Of a stretch of DNA of 64,000 bases, positions 40,712-51,755 are shown piece after piece (the stretch's first letter is position 1; each line of letters begins with the position of its first letter). Under the pieces are notes generated by a model. The model searched no databases. It saw only the letters and a program-made list of their open reading frames with translations, and was not told the origin of the DNA. The DNA comes from Candidatus Coprovivens sp. (GTDB lineage: Bacteria > Bacillota_I > Bacilli_A > RF39 > UBA660): the NCBI GenBank assembly GCA_051892935.1, contig JBJFGS010000036.1:1-64000 (forward strand), in the 5' to 3' direction. A program made the translations under genes and the position numbers.

Positions 40712-42343
40712 TTATCTCCTTTCTTCTAATTCTAGTAAAGGTGGTAACATTTGTTTCTTCCTTGAAACTACACCATCCAAATAAACACCTTGTATAGCAT
40801 GAGATATTCCATAAGCTTCTTCTAATATATTTTCACTACTATCATTAAAGAATAGATAAGAACCATTCTTTATAATATCAGTAACAAATAACAAAGATAC
40901 ACTGAAATTACCAAACTGTGTCATATTATTTAACTCAGAAACAATTTCATCCTTACGTTTTAATAATTCATCAAAATCCATTGTAACAACTTGTCCAATA
41001 GCCATATTAGAATCCCCATATTTAAATGTCTTCATATCATTATGTATTATTTCATCAACAGACAATCCAGCTACCGAAGAAGCAGCCTTAAACATCTTAG
41101 TACCATACTCTAAAATATCAACACCAGCTATTTTAGCTAATTCTTCACCAACTTCTTTATCTAAAGAAGTTGTAGTAGGAGACTTAAATAATAAGGTATC
41201 AGATAAGATAGCAGACAACATAATACCAGCTATATCTTTAGGAATCTTAATACTAGCTTCTTGATATAACTTATAAATAATAGTACATGTACATCCAACA
41301 GGCATACATCTAAAATTAATAGGCATAGAAGTACCAATAGTACCCAAATTATGATGATCAATAACTTCCAATATATTAGCTTCCTCAATACCATCAACAC
41401 TTTGTGATTGTTGATTATGATCAACTAAAATAACTTGTTTTCTTTCAAAATCATTTGCATCAACTAATCTCATCATTCCTAAACAAATATTCTTTTTATT
41501 AACAATTGGATAATTAGTATGTCCTAACTTACTACTTACATCAATAAAATCATTCCTATAATCATAAACATTAAAAGTAACTGGTGTAGGATTAATATTA
41601 ATCAACTTAACATAATTACATAACTTAATCATATTAGAAGTCTTATAAGTTCCCATTGGAACACACACTACATTTATCTTTTTCTTCCTAGCTTGTTCCA
41701 ATAAATCTGCAGATAATTTAACATTATTAACTAATAACATTAGTTTTACTCCCGAATCAACACAATACTCTTGAATTTTATATCTATCACCAACAATAAC
41801 TATATTATCAGAATTTAATTTTACTCTATTTATAAAAGTTTCACTTTTATAAGCCGCAGCTAATATATTACCTTCTATCTCATCATCAAATCTCAAAACT
41901 TCAGTAGCATTCAACGTTTTTAAAACATTATCGTAAGAAGTATATAAATAATTAATATCTCCTTCAATTAAATATTTAGAAATTCCTTTCACATTAACAT
42001 ATCCTGTTAACTTCTTATTTTTATTAACAAGAGGAAAACCTGTTACTCCAAATTGTACCAAAGACTTATAAGCTTCAAATATAGAAATATGTTCTTCAAT
42101 CATAGCTTCAGTATTATAATTCATATTCTTAATTTGAACTTTTACATCATTTAAAAACTCAGGCTCCGGAATATTAAAATAATCTAAAACAAATTTTGTT
42201 TCTTTATTTAAAGTCCCAAGAACTCTTGGTTCAGTATCCATTCCCAATTTATTTTTTAAGTAAGATAAACTGATACTTGCACATACTGAATCAGTATCGG
42301 GCATTTTATGTCCAAATATATAAACTGTTTGCATCAATATCAC
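40712..42343 (-). CDS. ppaC: Mn-dependent family II inorganic pyrophosphatase with CBS/DRTGG insert
   Basis: GHKMPDTDS, VGDR, LVDHN, IDHH, SDTL, VVSRKKQ. Confidence 0.93.
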   Translation of the reverse strand: MILMQTVYIFGHKMPDTDSVCASISLSYLKNKLGMDTEPRVLGTLNKETKFVLDYFNIPEPEFLNDVKVQIKNMNYNTEAMIEEHISIFEAYKSLVQFGVTGFPLVNKNKKLTGYVNVKGISKYLIEGDINYLYTSYDNVLKTLNATEVLRFDDEIEGNILAAAYKSETFINRVKLNSDNIVIVGDRYKIQEYCVDSGVKLMLLVNNVKLSADLLEQARKKKINVVCVPMGTYKTSNMIKLCNYVKLININPTPVTFNVYDYRNDFIDVSSKLGHTNYPIVNKKNICLGMMRLVDANDFERKQVILVDHNQQSQSVDGIEEANILEVIDHHNLGTIGTSMPINFRCMPVGCTCTIIYKLYQEASIKIPKDIAGIMLSAILSDTLLFKSPTTTSLDKEVGEELAKIAGVDILEYGTKMFKAASSVAGLSVDEIIHNDMKTFKYGDSNMAIGQVVTMDFDELLKRKDEIVSELNNMTQFGNFSVSLLFVTDIIKNGSYLFFNDSSENILEEAYGISHAIQGVYLDGVVSRKKQMLPPLLELEERR

Positions 42344-42377
42344 TCCTATCCTTATTATTTAGTATAACATATTTAAA

Positions 42378-43808
42378 CTAAATATTAACAGCTTTAATTT
42401 TGGGATTAGTATTATTTAAAGAATAAACTAAATCCCTATCAACCAATACAATTGGATTCCTCTTAAACCAATCTGGCAATAATTCCGGATTATCACAATC
42501 AGCATCTCTATAATCTTCAAGATGACGACAATTAGCTCCAAATTCATCATCAATTAATCTATCTTTTATATAATAACCGCTTCTCATAAATGCTTGTTGA
42601 AAATTAATAATATCTTGGACTTCAGACGCTAAAAGAGGTCTACTTAAATACTTTTGTACTTCAATAGCACCAGTAACTTCACCTTTATTATTTCTAACAA
42701 TATCTTCTTCTAAATTTTTTAAAATTAAATACCCATTAGGACATATATTTTCCTCAAAAGACCATTTTTTATCAGAACACTTTATAACATAGTCACCTAT
42801 TCTAAAAGTTCTAGTACAACTTCCTCTTCCAGCATCACAAACCACTCTAGAACCAGTACTTAAAGCCAAATATTTTGAAACATATTCTAAAAACTTATCT
42901 CCTAAAGAATTAATAAATATATTTTCAATCATTTTCTCATCTATTTCAATAAATGGTCTAATTTTAGAATAAAATTCATCATATATCACCTTATTTAGAT
43001 ATTTTCCATACTTAGTAAATAAAACATATTTATAATTCTTTGAAGTTTTAAATAATATATCAATATCACTTATCAAATAAAATAAATTTAAAGGATTAAC
43101 ACTTTCTATTAATTTACCATATCTATCTAACTCAGCCGCTAAAGAATTACTAGAATAATTATTTAATATAAAATCTCTTATTTTTAAATATAACTCCTCA
43201 TTAGTAGTATGCATTAAAATTAAAGAAGCTATCTTAGAAACATAACATTCTTTCATTTTTTCTACTTCTATTCCTTTTTCATTATATTTAACAAAACATT
43301 CTATAACATCATCAAATAAAAAATTAAATAACTCAGGAAAAGAATCTAATACTTCTATAATAAACATTGCTCTTATTTTCATATTAGGACTATCTTTTAA
43401 CTTATTAGTTAATCTATAATCATTAGTTCTTTTAGAATACCTAATAATAGCAAATAAACAATCCTTATTATCACTAACTATATAATTTAATTCTTCATAT
43501 ACAAAATTAACAACCCATTCACCAGATAATAAAAAATACAATAAAAATTGATAATCAAGTAAAATACTATAATTATTCCTTAATAATCTTATCCAATAAG
43601 CTTGATAATACTCTATATCATAAGTGATTTTAAACGCAAATACCGGATACTCATTAACGATATCTTTAAAAGAATTAAATAAAATATTATTTCTATAAGG
43701 CGACACTCTAACTTCATTTGCTAAAGCATCCAATTGATCAGATGTTAATTTACCTAAAAAACTAATATTACAAGATAACAACTTATCTAAAATTCTTTCA
43801 GATAACAT
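42378..43808 (-). CDS. Hypothetical helical protein with C-terminal protein-kinase-like domain
   Basis: GRGS loop, YVIK, EVQKYL, YIKD......N, VLVD in the expected order. Confidence 0.55.
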   Translation of the reverse strand: MLSERILDKLLSCNISFLGKLTSDQLDALANEVRVSPYRNNILFNSFKDIVNEYPVFAFKITYDIEYYQAYWIRLLRNNYSILLDYQFLLYFLLSGEWVVNFVYEELNYIVSDNKDCLFAIIRYSKRTNDYRLTNKLKDSPNMKIRAMFIIEVLDSFPELFNFLFDDVIECFVKYNEKGIEVEKMKECYVSKIASLILMHTTNEELYLKIRDFILNNYSSNSLAAELDRYGKLIESVNPLNLFYLISDIDILFKTSKNYKYVLFTKYGKYLNKVIYDEFYSKIRPFIEIDEKMIENIFINSLGDKFLEYVSKYLALSTGSRVVCDAGRGSCTRTFRIGDYVIKCSDKKWSFEENICPNGYLILKNLEEDIVRNNKGEVTGAIEVQKYLSRPLLASEVQDIINFQQAFMRSGYYIKDRLIDDEFGANCRHLEDYRDADCDNPELLPDWFKRNPIVLVDRDLVYSLNNTNPKIKAVNI

Positions 43809-43910
43809 AATATTTCCCCTTTTCTTTAAGAGAGATATTTTATCACACAATAATACTACTAATATATAAATTTTTTTTATATGGATATAAAAAACTACAT
43901 AATGTAGTTT

Positions 43911-45869
43911 TTACTCACTTTTTAACTCAAATAATATATCTCTAAGTTCCATAGCTTTTTCAAAATCAAGATTTTTAGCAGCTTCCTTCATTTCATTTTC
44001 TATCTTTATCATTAGTTGATTTTTTTCCTGCTTACTCATCTTAACTTCTTTCTTATTATTAGATACATTATCTAATATTTCATTACTTACTACTTCTCTA
44101 ATCTCTTTAATAATTGTTTTAGGAATTATATTATGTTCTTTATTATAATCTTCTTGTATTTTACGACGACGTTGAGTTTCATTAATAGCAACATCCATAG
44201 CTTCACTAACAGTATCAGCGTACATAATTACATGACCATTAGAATTTCTAGCACATCTACCTATAGTTTGAATCAAACTTCGACTACTTCTTAAAAAGCC
44301 TTGTTTATCAGCATCCATTATACAAATTAAACTAACTTCAGGAATATCTATACCTTCACGTAATAAGTTAATACCCACAACACAATCATATTTTCCCATA
44401 CGTAATTCTTGTATAATTTTTAACCTTTCTAATGTTTTTACTTCACTATGTAGATAAGCAACTTTAATACCAACATCTTTTAAATAATTTGTTAATTCCT
44501 CTGCCATCCTAATAGTTAACGTTGTAACTAAAACTCTTTCGTTCATAGATTTACGTATATTAATTTGTTCTATAATATCATCTATTTGACCTTCTGTTTC
44601 TTTTACTTCTATCGTAGGATCTAACAAACCAGTCGGTCTTATAATCTGCTCAACAACTTCTCCATAAGTCTTATCAAGTTCATAATCCCCTGGAGTTGCT
44701 GATACATAAATAGCTTGATTAATTTTACTTTCAAATTCTTCATATTTAAGAGGTCTATTATCTAAAGCACTAGGTAATCTAAAACCATAATCTACAAGAG
44801 TCTGCTTACGCATTCTATCTCCGTTATACATTCCTCTTACCTGAGGTAATGTCACATGAGACTCATCTACAACTAGTAAAAAATCATCAGGGAAAAAATC
44901 TATTAAACAACTAGGTGTCTCCCCTTCTTCACGTAAAGCCAAATGTCTTGAATAATTCTCTACACCATTACAAAAACCAGTTTCTTTAAGCATTTCTAAA
45001 TCATAATTTGTTCTTTCTCTTAATCTTTGCTCTTCAATCAATTTATTATTTTGAAGTAAAACTTTTAATCTTTCTTGCAACTCATTTTCTATTCTACGTA
45101 TAGCTTCCTCTAATTTTTCACTTCCAGTAACAAAATGCGAAGCCGGAAATATACTAATAGTTTTTTTATTTTGCATAACAACACCAGTTAATGGATCAAA
45201 AGTACATATCCTATCAACTTCATCACCAAAAAGTTCAATTCTTATTGCATGCGCTTTTTCATTTACAGGAACAATATCTATAACATCCCCACGTACTCTA
45301 AAAGTTCCTCTATGAAAATCAAGATCACTTCGTTCATAAGTCATATCAACTAATTTATTAATAATATCATTTCTTTTAACAATATCTCCAACATTAACAG
45401 TTAACATCATTTTTTCGTATTCTTCTTTTTCACCTATACCATATATACAAGATACAGAAGCAACTACAATAACATCTCTATTATTAATTAAGGAACTAGT
45501 AGCACCATGTCTTAACTCATCTATTTCATCATTAATAGAAGCATCCTTTTCGATATACGTATCACTACTAGGAACATAAGCTTCTGGTTGATAATAATCA
45601 TAATAACTAACAAAATATTCAACATGATTATTAGGAAACAACTCTTTAAATTCAGCATAGAGTTGACCAGCCAATGTTTTATTATGAGCGAGTACTAATG
45701 TAGGTTTATTAACCTCCTTAATAACATTAGCTATCGTAAAAGTTTTACCTGTTCCAGTTGCTCCTAATAATACTTGTTCCTTTCGACCAGCTTTAATACC
45801 ATCAACTAAACTTTTTATAGCTTCTGGTTGATCACCAGAAGGAGAATATTTTGATACCAAATCAAACAT
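43911..45869 (-). CDS. uvrB: Excinuclease ABC subunit B
   Basis: [31 protein letters not shown]. Confidence 0.98.
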   Translation of the reverse strand: MFDLVSKYSPSGDQPEAIKSLVDGIKAGRKEQVLLGATGTGKTFTIANVIKEVNKPTLVLAHNKTLAGQLYAEFKELFPNNHVEYFVSYYDYYQPEAYVPSSDTYIEKDASINDEIDELRHGATSSLINNRDVIVVASVSCIYGIGEKEEYEKMMLTVNVGDIVKRNDIINKLVDMTYERSDLDFHRGTFRVRGDVIDIVPVNEKAHAIRIELFGDEVDRICTFDPLTGVVMQNKKTISIFPASHFVTGSEKLEEAIRRIENELQERLKVLLQNNKLIEEQRLRERTNYDLEMLKETGFCNGVENYSRHLALREEGETPSCLIDFFPDDFLLVVDESHVTLPQVRGMYNGDRMRKQTLVDYGFRLPSALDNRPLKYEEFESKINQAIYVSATPGDYELDKTYGEVVEQIIRPTGLLDPTIEVKETEGQIDDIIEQINIRKSMNERVLVTTLTIRMAEELTNYLKDVGIKVAYLHSEVKTLERLKIIQELRMGKYDCVVGINLLREGIDIPEVSLICIMDADKQGFLRSSRSLIQTIGRCARNSNGHVIMYADTVSEAMDVAINETQRRRKIQEDYNKEHNIIPKTIIKEIREVVSNEILDNVSNNKKEVKMSKQEKNQLMIKIENEMKEAAKNLDFEKAMELRDILFELKSE

Positions 45870-46156
45870 AAAATCACCTCTACATAATTCAAACATACTA
45901 TATCATTTATTATGAAACAAAACAAGAAACTTAAAATTACCTTTAACAAGTATTTTTATTGCCATTCTAATGTTTATTTTTCATTATTTATTAATACTCT
46001 AAACAAATTATGCAATATAAAAATACTAAACTGCATTATCTACTAAAAAATCTTTTACTCAAACAATTAAAAAACAATTAATAACATTTAATAAATTCCA
46101 AATATCTTCTACATTTATTATATATAAATAGATTTAAAAAGCACTATAAAGTGCTT

Positions 46157-47599
46157 TTAGTTTATAAATAAGTCATTAAATTCATCAAACAAAGATTCAT
46201 CAAACGTATAGGACATCTCTTTATCCTTATCTTCATAAACCTCTTTTATTAATTCAATAAGTTTATCTTTATTTTCATCCTCAAAATAATCAAAAGGTAT
46301 TATTCTTCCATGTTCTCCATCAACTACTCCCAATTCATCAAATACCTCTAAAGGAGTAACTAATACCTTAGTATGAAGAGACAATGCTTCAACAACACAA
46401 TATGAAAACGACTCGCTATCACTTAACAAAACAAAATAATCACTATCTTTTATATAAGGCAAAGGATTAGAAGTCCTTTTACGATATATAACCCCACCAT
46501 CGCAAGTATTTTCATTTCTATCTGTAAATACATTCCAAGTAAAAGGAATATCCAACTCATTAAGTATATTAGCAATTACATTTATTCTATCTGGTCTCTT
46601 AATTGATGAATACCTTTGGGCAGATACTAGTTTTAAATGTGGCTTAACCATTGAATTATCTAGTTTAAAAGGATTTAAAATATAATCAATTTTATCAGTT
46701 GGTAAATATCCCTCAGCTTTCTTAGCCGATACTTCAGAAACAGCAATATACTTTGTAAATACATCATCGTGAAATCTTCTTGTTTTAGGATAATCAGACA
46801 TATTACCATGGATAAAAACATAATTTTCATCTAAAGTAAAAATATTTTTAGGATAATAATAAGTAGAATAGGTTAATAATAATCTATTACATAAATAATC
46901 TATTTCAGAATCATACTTTACACATTTAAAATATTTAGAAAAAATATTCAAAGTAACTTTTGGAATTTGATCATATAGAATAGTAATATCATATTTATTT
47001 CCAAAACATCTTCCTATATTATTAATCCAACTAATATAGCCATTAAATACACCATTACATCCATTTCCTACATAGATAACATTTTTTAAATCTAAAGATT
47101 CCCTCACATCTTTATAACAACAATGTTTTAAAAATTTATAACCATCTACAATATGAGTATATAAAATATCACCTATAGCTATACCACGTATCAATAAAGA
47201 ATCTACCTTTTCATTAAATTTATATAATTCCTTATAATCAAAAAGTTCCAAAAACTTATCAGTCCTATAAATAAAACTCCATATATAAGTTCCATAATAA
47301 GGTTTATTAATTAACAATTCCTTTTTATTTTTTAATAATTTAACCTGTTCATCTATAACATCCAAACTATAATTAATATAACAATAATCGAAATCTTCAT
47401 TAACTACTTCAGATATCCTAACAAAATAATCTTCACTTACAATATCGCCAGCTTTAATAAAAGCAATATATTTAGTTTTTACTTCCTTAACAGCGCTATA
47501 AAATGTACTTTTATCAACTCTAGTAAGTTCAATATTACTAGGTATAACTCCACAATTGCTTTCATCATCGCCTAATATAATTATAGTTATATCTTTCAT
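46157..47599 (-). CDS. Glycosyltransferase (degenerate GT-A-like N-terminus plus GT-B/GT4-like C-terminus)
   Basis: DYFVLLSDSESFSYCVVEAL (E-x7-E); N-terminal KYIAFIKAGD. Confidence 0.75.
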   Translation of the reverse strand: MKDITIIILGDDESNCGVIPSNIELTRVDKSTFYSAVKEVKTKYIAFIKAGDIVSEDYFVRISEVVNEDFDYCYINYSLDVIDEQVKLLKNKKELLINKPYYGTYIWSFIYRTDKFLELFDYKELYKFNEKVDSLLIRGIAIGDILYTHIVDGYKFLKHCCYKDVRESLDLKNVIYVGNGCNGVFNGYISWINNIGRCFGNKYDITILYDQIPKVTLNIFSKYFKCVKYDSEIDYLCNRLLLTYSTYYYPKNIFTLDENYVFIHGNMSDYPKTRRFHDDVFTKYIAVSEVSAKKAEGYLPTDKIDYILNPFKLDNSMVKPHLKLVSAQRYSSIKRPDRINVIANILNELDIPFTWNVFTDRNENTCDGGVIYRKRTSNPLPYIKDSDYFVLLSDSESFSYCVVEALSLHTKVLVTPLEVFDELGVVDGEHGRIIPFDYFEDENKDKLIELIKEVYEDKDKEMSYTFDESLFDEFNDLFIN

Positions 47600-47676
47600 A
47601 CTACCACCTATTTTATTATATCAAACATTACATAAATAATAAAAGGTTATAGTAAAAAAGATAAGAATCAAATTCC

Positions 47677-50205
47677 TTATCTCTTAATAAAATTAGTATA
47701 TTCATTAGTATTTGAATAAACATCTTTTACATAGTTTTTAAACAAATTCAAAATCTCATCTTCTGTAATTGAATAATCAGATTGTTCTTTTGATAATAAT
47801 CCATAATAATCTAATACTGTTTCTAAGAAAATTTCATGATATTCATCTCCATCATATTGAATTTCATCTTCTACACTACTTGAATATAAAAATCCAATAC
47901 ATAAATGAGATTCACTAGACATAAGCTCCAAATATACCTCATTAAAAGGAACAATCACTCCATCTTCAAAAATCAAGTTATAAACAGGATGAATATTTAC
48001 AACATCTTTTTCAGCATCATATGTAAAATTACCATAGTAACGATTAATAATTCTTGAATAATCAGCACCGGCAATAAATTTATTAAAATAAGTACCATTT
48101 AAATACATAGAAACATCTAATGAAAATAAGTCAACTCCAAATTTATAATCACCAATAAAATCGCACAATTTCATATCAAGGCCTTCTACGAAGTCATTAT
48201 CTTGATAAATTATCTGACTATTACTCTTCAACTGAAAACAATTAGTACCATCTGCTCTTTGTCCTATATTAACTACTGCTTCATAGAAATAATCTTGGCC
48301 TATTTCTTCTTCACCCATATAAAATATAATCTTTTTATAATCAACCGAATCTAACCTAAATACATCTTGCCAATAATTTTCATTTAACAATACATTTTCA
48401 ATATTTAAATTAGAAAATAAACTTTTAAAAAATCGATGTTGAAAATAGTAATCTTCTGTCGATGTATTAAATCCTCTAAAATCACTTTTATCCATAACAA
48501 CTACTTTACCATTTTCATTAAGTACAAAAACTTCTTTCTCTGTATTAATATGTTGATCATAATCTTCTACTTGTATTATTGGATAAAGAACATCATCATT
48601 AGTAACACCATAGCCAATTACTACAATATCTTTATATTTATTTATTATATTTTTCATTTCCTCTACTGTCATGGTCTTATCTCTACTAATACCATGACAA
48701 TACAAATAATCATTATAAGTTTCTAATAACTTACAATAATGATTTTCTAATTCTTCTAAAGTTACAAAATCATAAAAATAAAACTCACTATCAACAAAGT
48801 CTCTAAAAAATCTATACAAATCATCTTGAATAATAAAATTCTCATCTTCAGTAGATAAAACATTTCTCATATGAGTTATTTCATTTGTACAATAATCATA
48901 CATTATAATAAACTTATTCACACTAGTTAGTAACTTTCCTTCATCATATCCATAATCCAATAAAATGCTATTATACTCATTCAAATAATAATCAGCAACT
49001 TCAGAATAAGCACTACAATTAACTAACTTCAAAAATTCTACTAAAGGTTGATAAATACTATTACTTGTCATATCAATATTCAATTTACAAATTTCAAAGA
49101 GCTCATCTAAAATATGAACATTCTCTTCTAAACGTAAATTCTCGCCAAACTCAATTTCTGTATCATTCATTGCATCTACTGCATTAATAATATAATCAAT
49201 ATCAACTGAAGGATATTTATCATTCAATAATTTAATTAATTTTGGTATTCCTTCTCTTTCATAATCATAATAATTATAATTTACACAGCTTAAAAAATAT
49301 CTTAATACTTTACCTTCTCTTGCATAAGTAGTAACAGGAACTATTCCATTTGTTATTTCATTTGTCATTGCTTCATCTAAAGAATAGCCTACTTCTTCAC
49401 AACGAATCTTAGGATATATAGCCTTATCCTCTTTCCAATGATGATATGAATGTACCATTTCATGGATTATTACATGCTCACTTTCAGCATAATCTTCTCT
49501 AAGTGATGTAACATTAAGATGAGCATTATAAGTACCAGCAACATACTTACTCATCGAACTTTTAGATACTACTCTGACTAAACCATCTTTAACATTCTCG
49601 TAAAAGATTCTTGCATCAGCTTTTGGATATTTATTCATTACATAGTTTATTAAATTAACTGCATAATTCTTATAATAAGTAGATATTTTATTATTAGTAT
49701 TAATTGCTTCTATTATTTCCTCTTTACTAACGTAATCATACCCCAATATTTCATCAAGTTCATTGGTATTATTAATCACAGTTCCATTTACATAACCCAT
49801 AGTAACTTTATAACGATCATTTTCTTTTACTAATTTAAAATTCCTACTCATAGGCATTCCTGCAATTGACATTGCTCCGATTAATAATGCCATTTCAATA
49901 GCTATAGCCCCTGTAAAAACTCGTACAGCTTCTTTGAAAACTATTATTCGATTTTTCTCCGAATGAATAGGAAGTGATGCTCCAACAGAATAAGTAGATA
50001 AATTATTATGAGAAATAAATAAGTCACGTTCATTATATACTCGATGTAATTTCATAAAATCATCTAACAATGGATATTCATAATTTCCCCTATCCGACAA
50101 CTCTAAAAATGTTCTTCGACCATATCTATCTATAAAGATAGTAAAATTTTTATCATTATATTTTATATTAAATAATCTTTGATAAACCATATCTTTTTTT
50201 TCCAT
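47677..50205 (-). CDS. Large membrane-anchored protein with HExxH zinc-metallopeptidase motif
   Basis: TM helix near residue 110-130; HEMVH followed by LDEAMTN. Confidence 0.6.
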   Translation of the reverse strand: MEKKDMVYQRLFNIKYNDKNFTIFIDRYGRRTFLELSDRGNYEYPLLDDFMKLHRVYNERDLFISHNNLSTYSVGASLPIHSEKNRIIVFKEAVRVFTGAIAIEMALLIGAMSIAGMPMSRNFKLVKENDRYKVTMGYVNGTVINNTNELDEILGYDYVSKEEIIEAINTNNKISTYYKNYAVNLINYVMNKYPKADARIFYENVKDGLVRVVSKSSMSKYVAGTYNAHLNVTSLREDYAESEHVIIHEMVHSYHHWKEDKAIYPKIRCEEVGYSLDEAMTNEITNGIVPVTTYAREGKVLRYFLSCVNYNYYDYEREGIPKLIKLLNDKYPSVDIDYIINAVDAMNDTEIEFGENLRLEENVHILDELFEICKLNIDMTSNSIYQPLVEFLKLVNCSAYSEVADYYLNEYNSILLDYGYDEGKLLTSVNKFIIMYDYCTNEITHMRNVLSTEDENFIIQDDLYRFFRDFVDSEFYFYDFVTLEELENHYCKLLETYNDYLYCHGISRDKTMTVEEMKNIINKYKDIVVIGYGVTNDDVLYPIIQVEDYDQHINTEKEVFVLNENGKVVVMDKSDFRGFNTSTEDYYFQHRFFKSLFSNLNIENVLLNENYWQDVFRLDSVDYKKIIFYMGEEEIGQDYFYEAVVNIGQRADGTNCFQLKSNSQIIYQDNDFVEGLDMKLCDFIGDYKFGVDLFSLDVSMYLNGTYFNKFIAGADYSRIINRYYGNFTYDAEKDVVNIHPVYNLIFEDGVIVPFNEVYLELMSSESHLCIGFLYSSSVEDEIQYDGDEYHEIFLETVLDYYGLLSKEQSDYSITEDEILNLFKNYVKDVYSNTNEYTNFIKR

Positions 50206-50514
50206 CTCTATCATCCAATTCTCATTAATTATTATAACATACATCAAAAAAGTAATAATTAATAACTATAAATTATAATAAATCTATTATTCATATAAAA
50301 AACATCTAATAAAAATAAATCAGTAGCGAGGAATTAAAATGATTTTTAGTACACCTATTTTAGCATTAATAACCATCCTACTACAATTTAATAAGATTAT
50401 CTTTATTTGATTAACTAAATAAAAAATGTAATAAAAACACTATTACATCAACTCATTTCTCATCATATTAAATAAATATTTAGAAAATACTAACTTTTAA
50501 AGTAATTTCTTTAT

Positions 50515-51033
50515 TCACCATACTACTCCGTCACCATAATCAACACCGGGAACTCTCTCTGGTTCTGGTTCTTTATAATCATCAGGAATATCTATAATAC
50601 CATTATCATCATCATCTTCTAAACTTTCAACTTGATAATCATAAGATAAACGTAAACCTTTTTCATTATAATAAATAGTACCAAATACTCTTATTTTTTC
50701 ACCAATATCTAAATGATTATATAAATAATTTCCAATTCTAATTTCATATTCTTCTTTATTATCATAACAAGTAATTACATACTTTTTACCATTGTTTTCA
50801 TTAATTACGTCCTTTTTATCAACAATTGTTTCAAAATCAATATTTTTTTTATAACCATCATTAGTTTCAATTAACTCAGGATCATTGAGATCAACATATA
50901 TATTTTTATTAAAAAAAGAATTATATACAACTACTAACAAAACTAACACAATGATAGCTACAATTATAGTTACAATAGTACCAACTATATTTTTAAGATT
51001 AATATTTTCGTTTTTTGGATTACTATCTTTCAT
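50515..51033 (-). CDS. Hypothetical single-pass membrane protein
   Basis: RBS AGGAG, N-terminal TM helix. Confidence 0.65.
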   Translation of the reverse strand: MKDSNPKNENINLKNIVGTIVTIIVAIIVLVLLVVVYNSFFNKNIYVDLNDPELIETNDGYKKNIDFETIVDKKDVINENNGKKYVITCYDNKEEYEIRIGNYLYNHLDIGEKIRVFGTIYYNEKGLRLSYDYQVESLEDDDDNGIIDIPDDYKEPEPERVPGVDYGDGVVW

Positions 51034-51097
51034 ATAATCACTCCTACTATATAAAGTATAACATAATTATATTAGATTATAAAAAAAGAAACTCAAA

Positions 51098-51755
51098 CTA
51101 TACATCAAGTTTCTTTTCAATTATACTATTCATGTCTTTAACTATCTTATTGCTACTAATAACACCTCTAACCCTAGTTAAAGGATAAATATTAGTACTA
51201 GGAAATATTATAGTAGCAGGACATAATACAGAATTACATCCAATTTCAACATAGTCACCTATTATAGCCCCAAGCTTTCTAAACTCAGTTTCTATAGTCA
51301 CTCCATCAATATTAATTTTAATATCTTTTTTATCACTTTTTACATTAGAAAGAATAACTCCTGCATCAGTATGAGCATATTCTCCTAATATAGAATCACC
51401 TATATAATTATAATGAGGACATTGAACATTATTAAATATAATTGCATTTTTAACTTCAGTACTATTACCAATTATTGATTTTTCTCCAATTATTACATTT
51501 CCTATTATATAGGCGCAATGTCTTTTTTCAGCACCATTACATATAATTGTAGGACCTACTATACAAGCACTTCTTGCAACTTTAGCTTCCTTATGTACAT
51601 ATACATTTTCTTCTATCTCATAATATTTATCACCTAAAATAGGAATAAATTTAATAATAAATCATCAATTAAAGATAATACCTCCATAGATTACACCTTT
51701 CAAATAATTCTTTAGCTATAGTAGCATCTAAATTAAAAAGATTATCATATATTTT
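51098..51755 (-). pseudogene. Frameshifted GlmU-like hexapeptide-repeat acyltransferase (UDP-GlcNAc pyrophosphorylase-like)
   Basis: Frame open from about 51660 to 51098 (GNSTEVKNA, PHYNYIGDSILG, GAIIGDYVEIGCNSV) with no start codon; N-terminal LFNLDATIAKELF in other frames; frameshifts near 51685 and 51662. Confidence 0.8.

Noticed and set aside
45885-45905. LexA box upstream of uvrB
   Set aside because: Only a half-site (CAAACATAC) is present.
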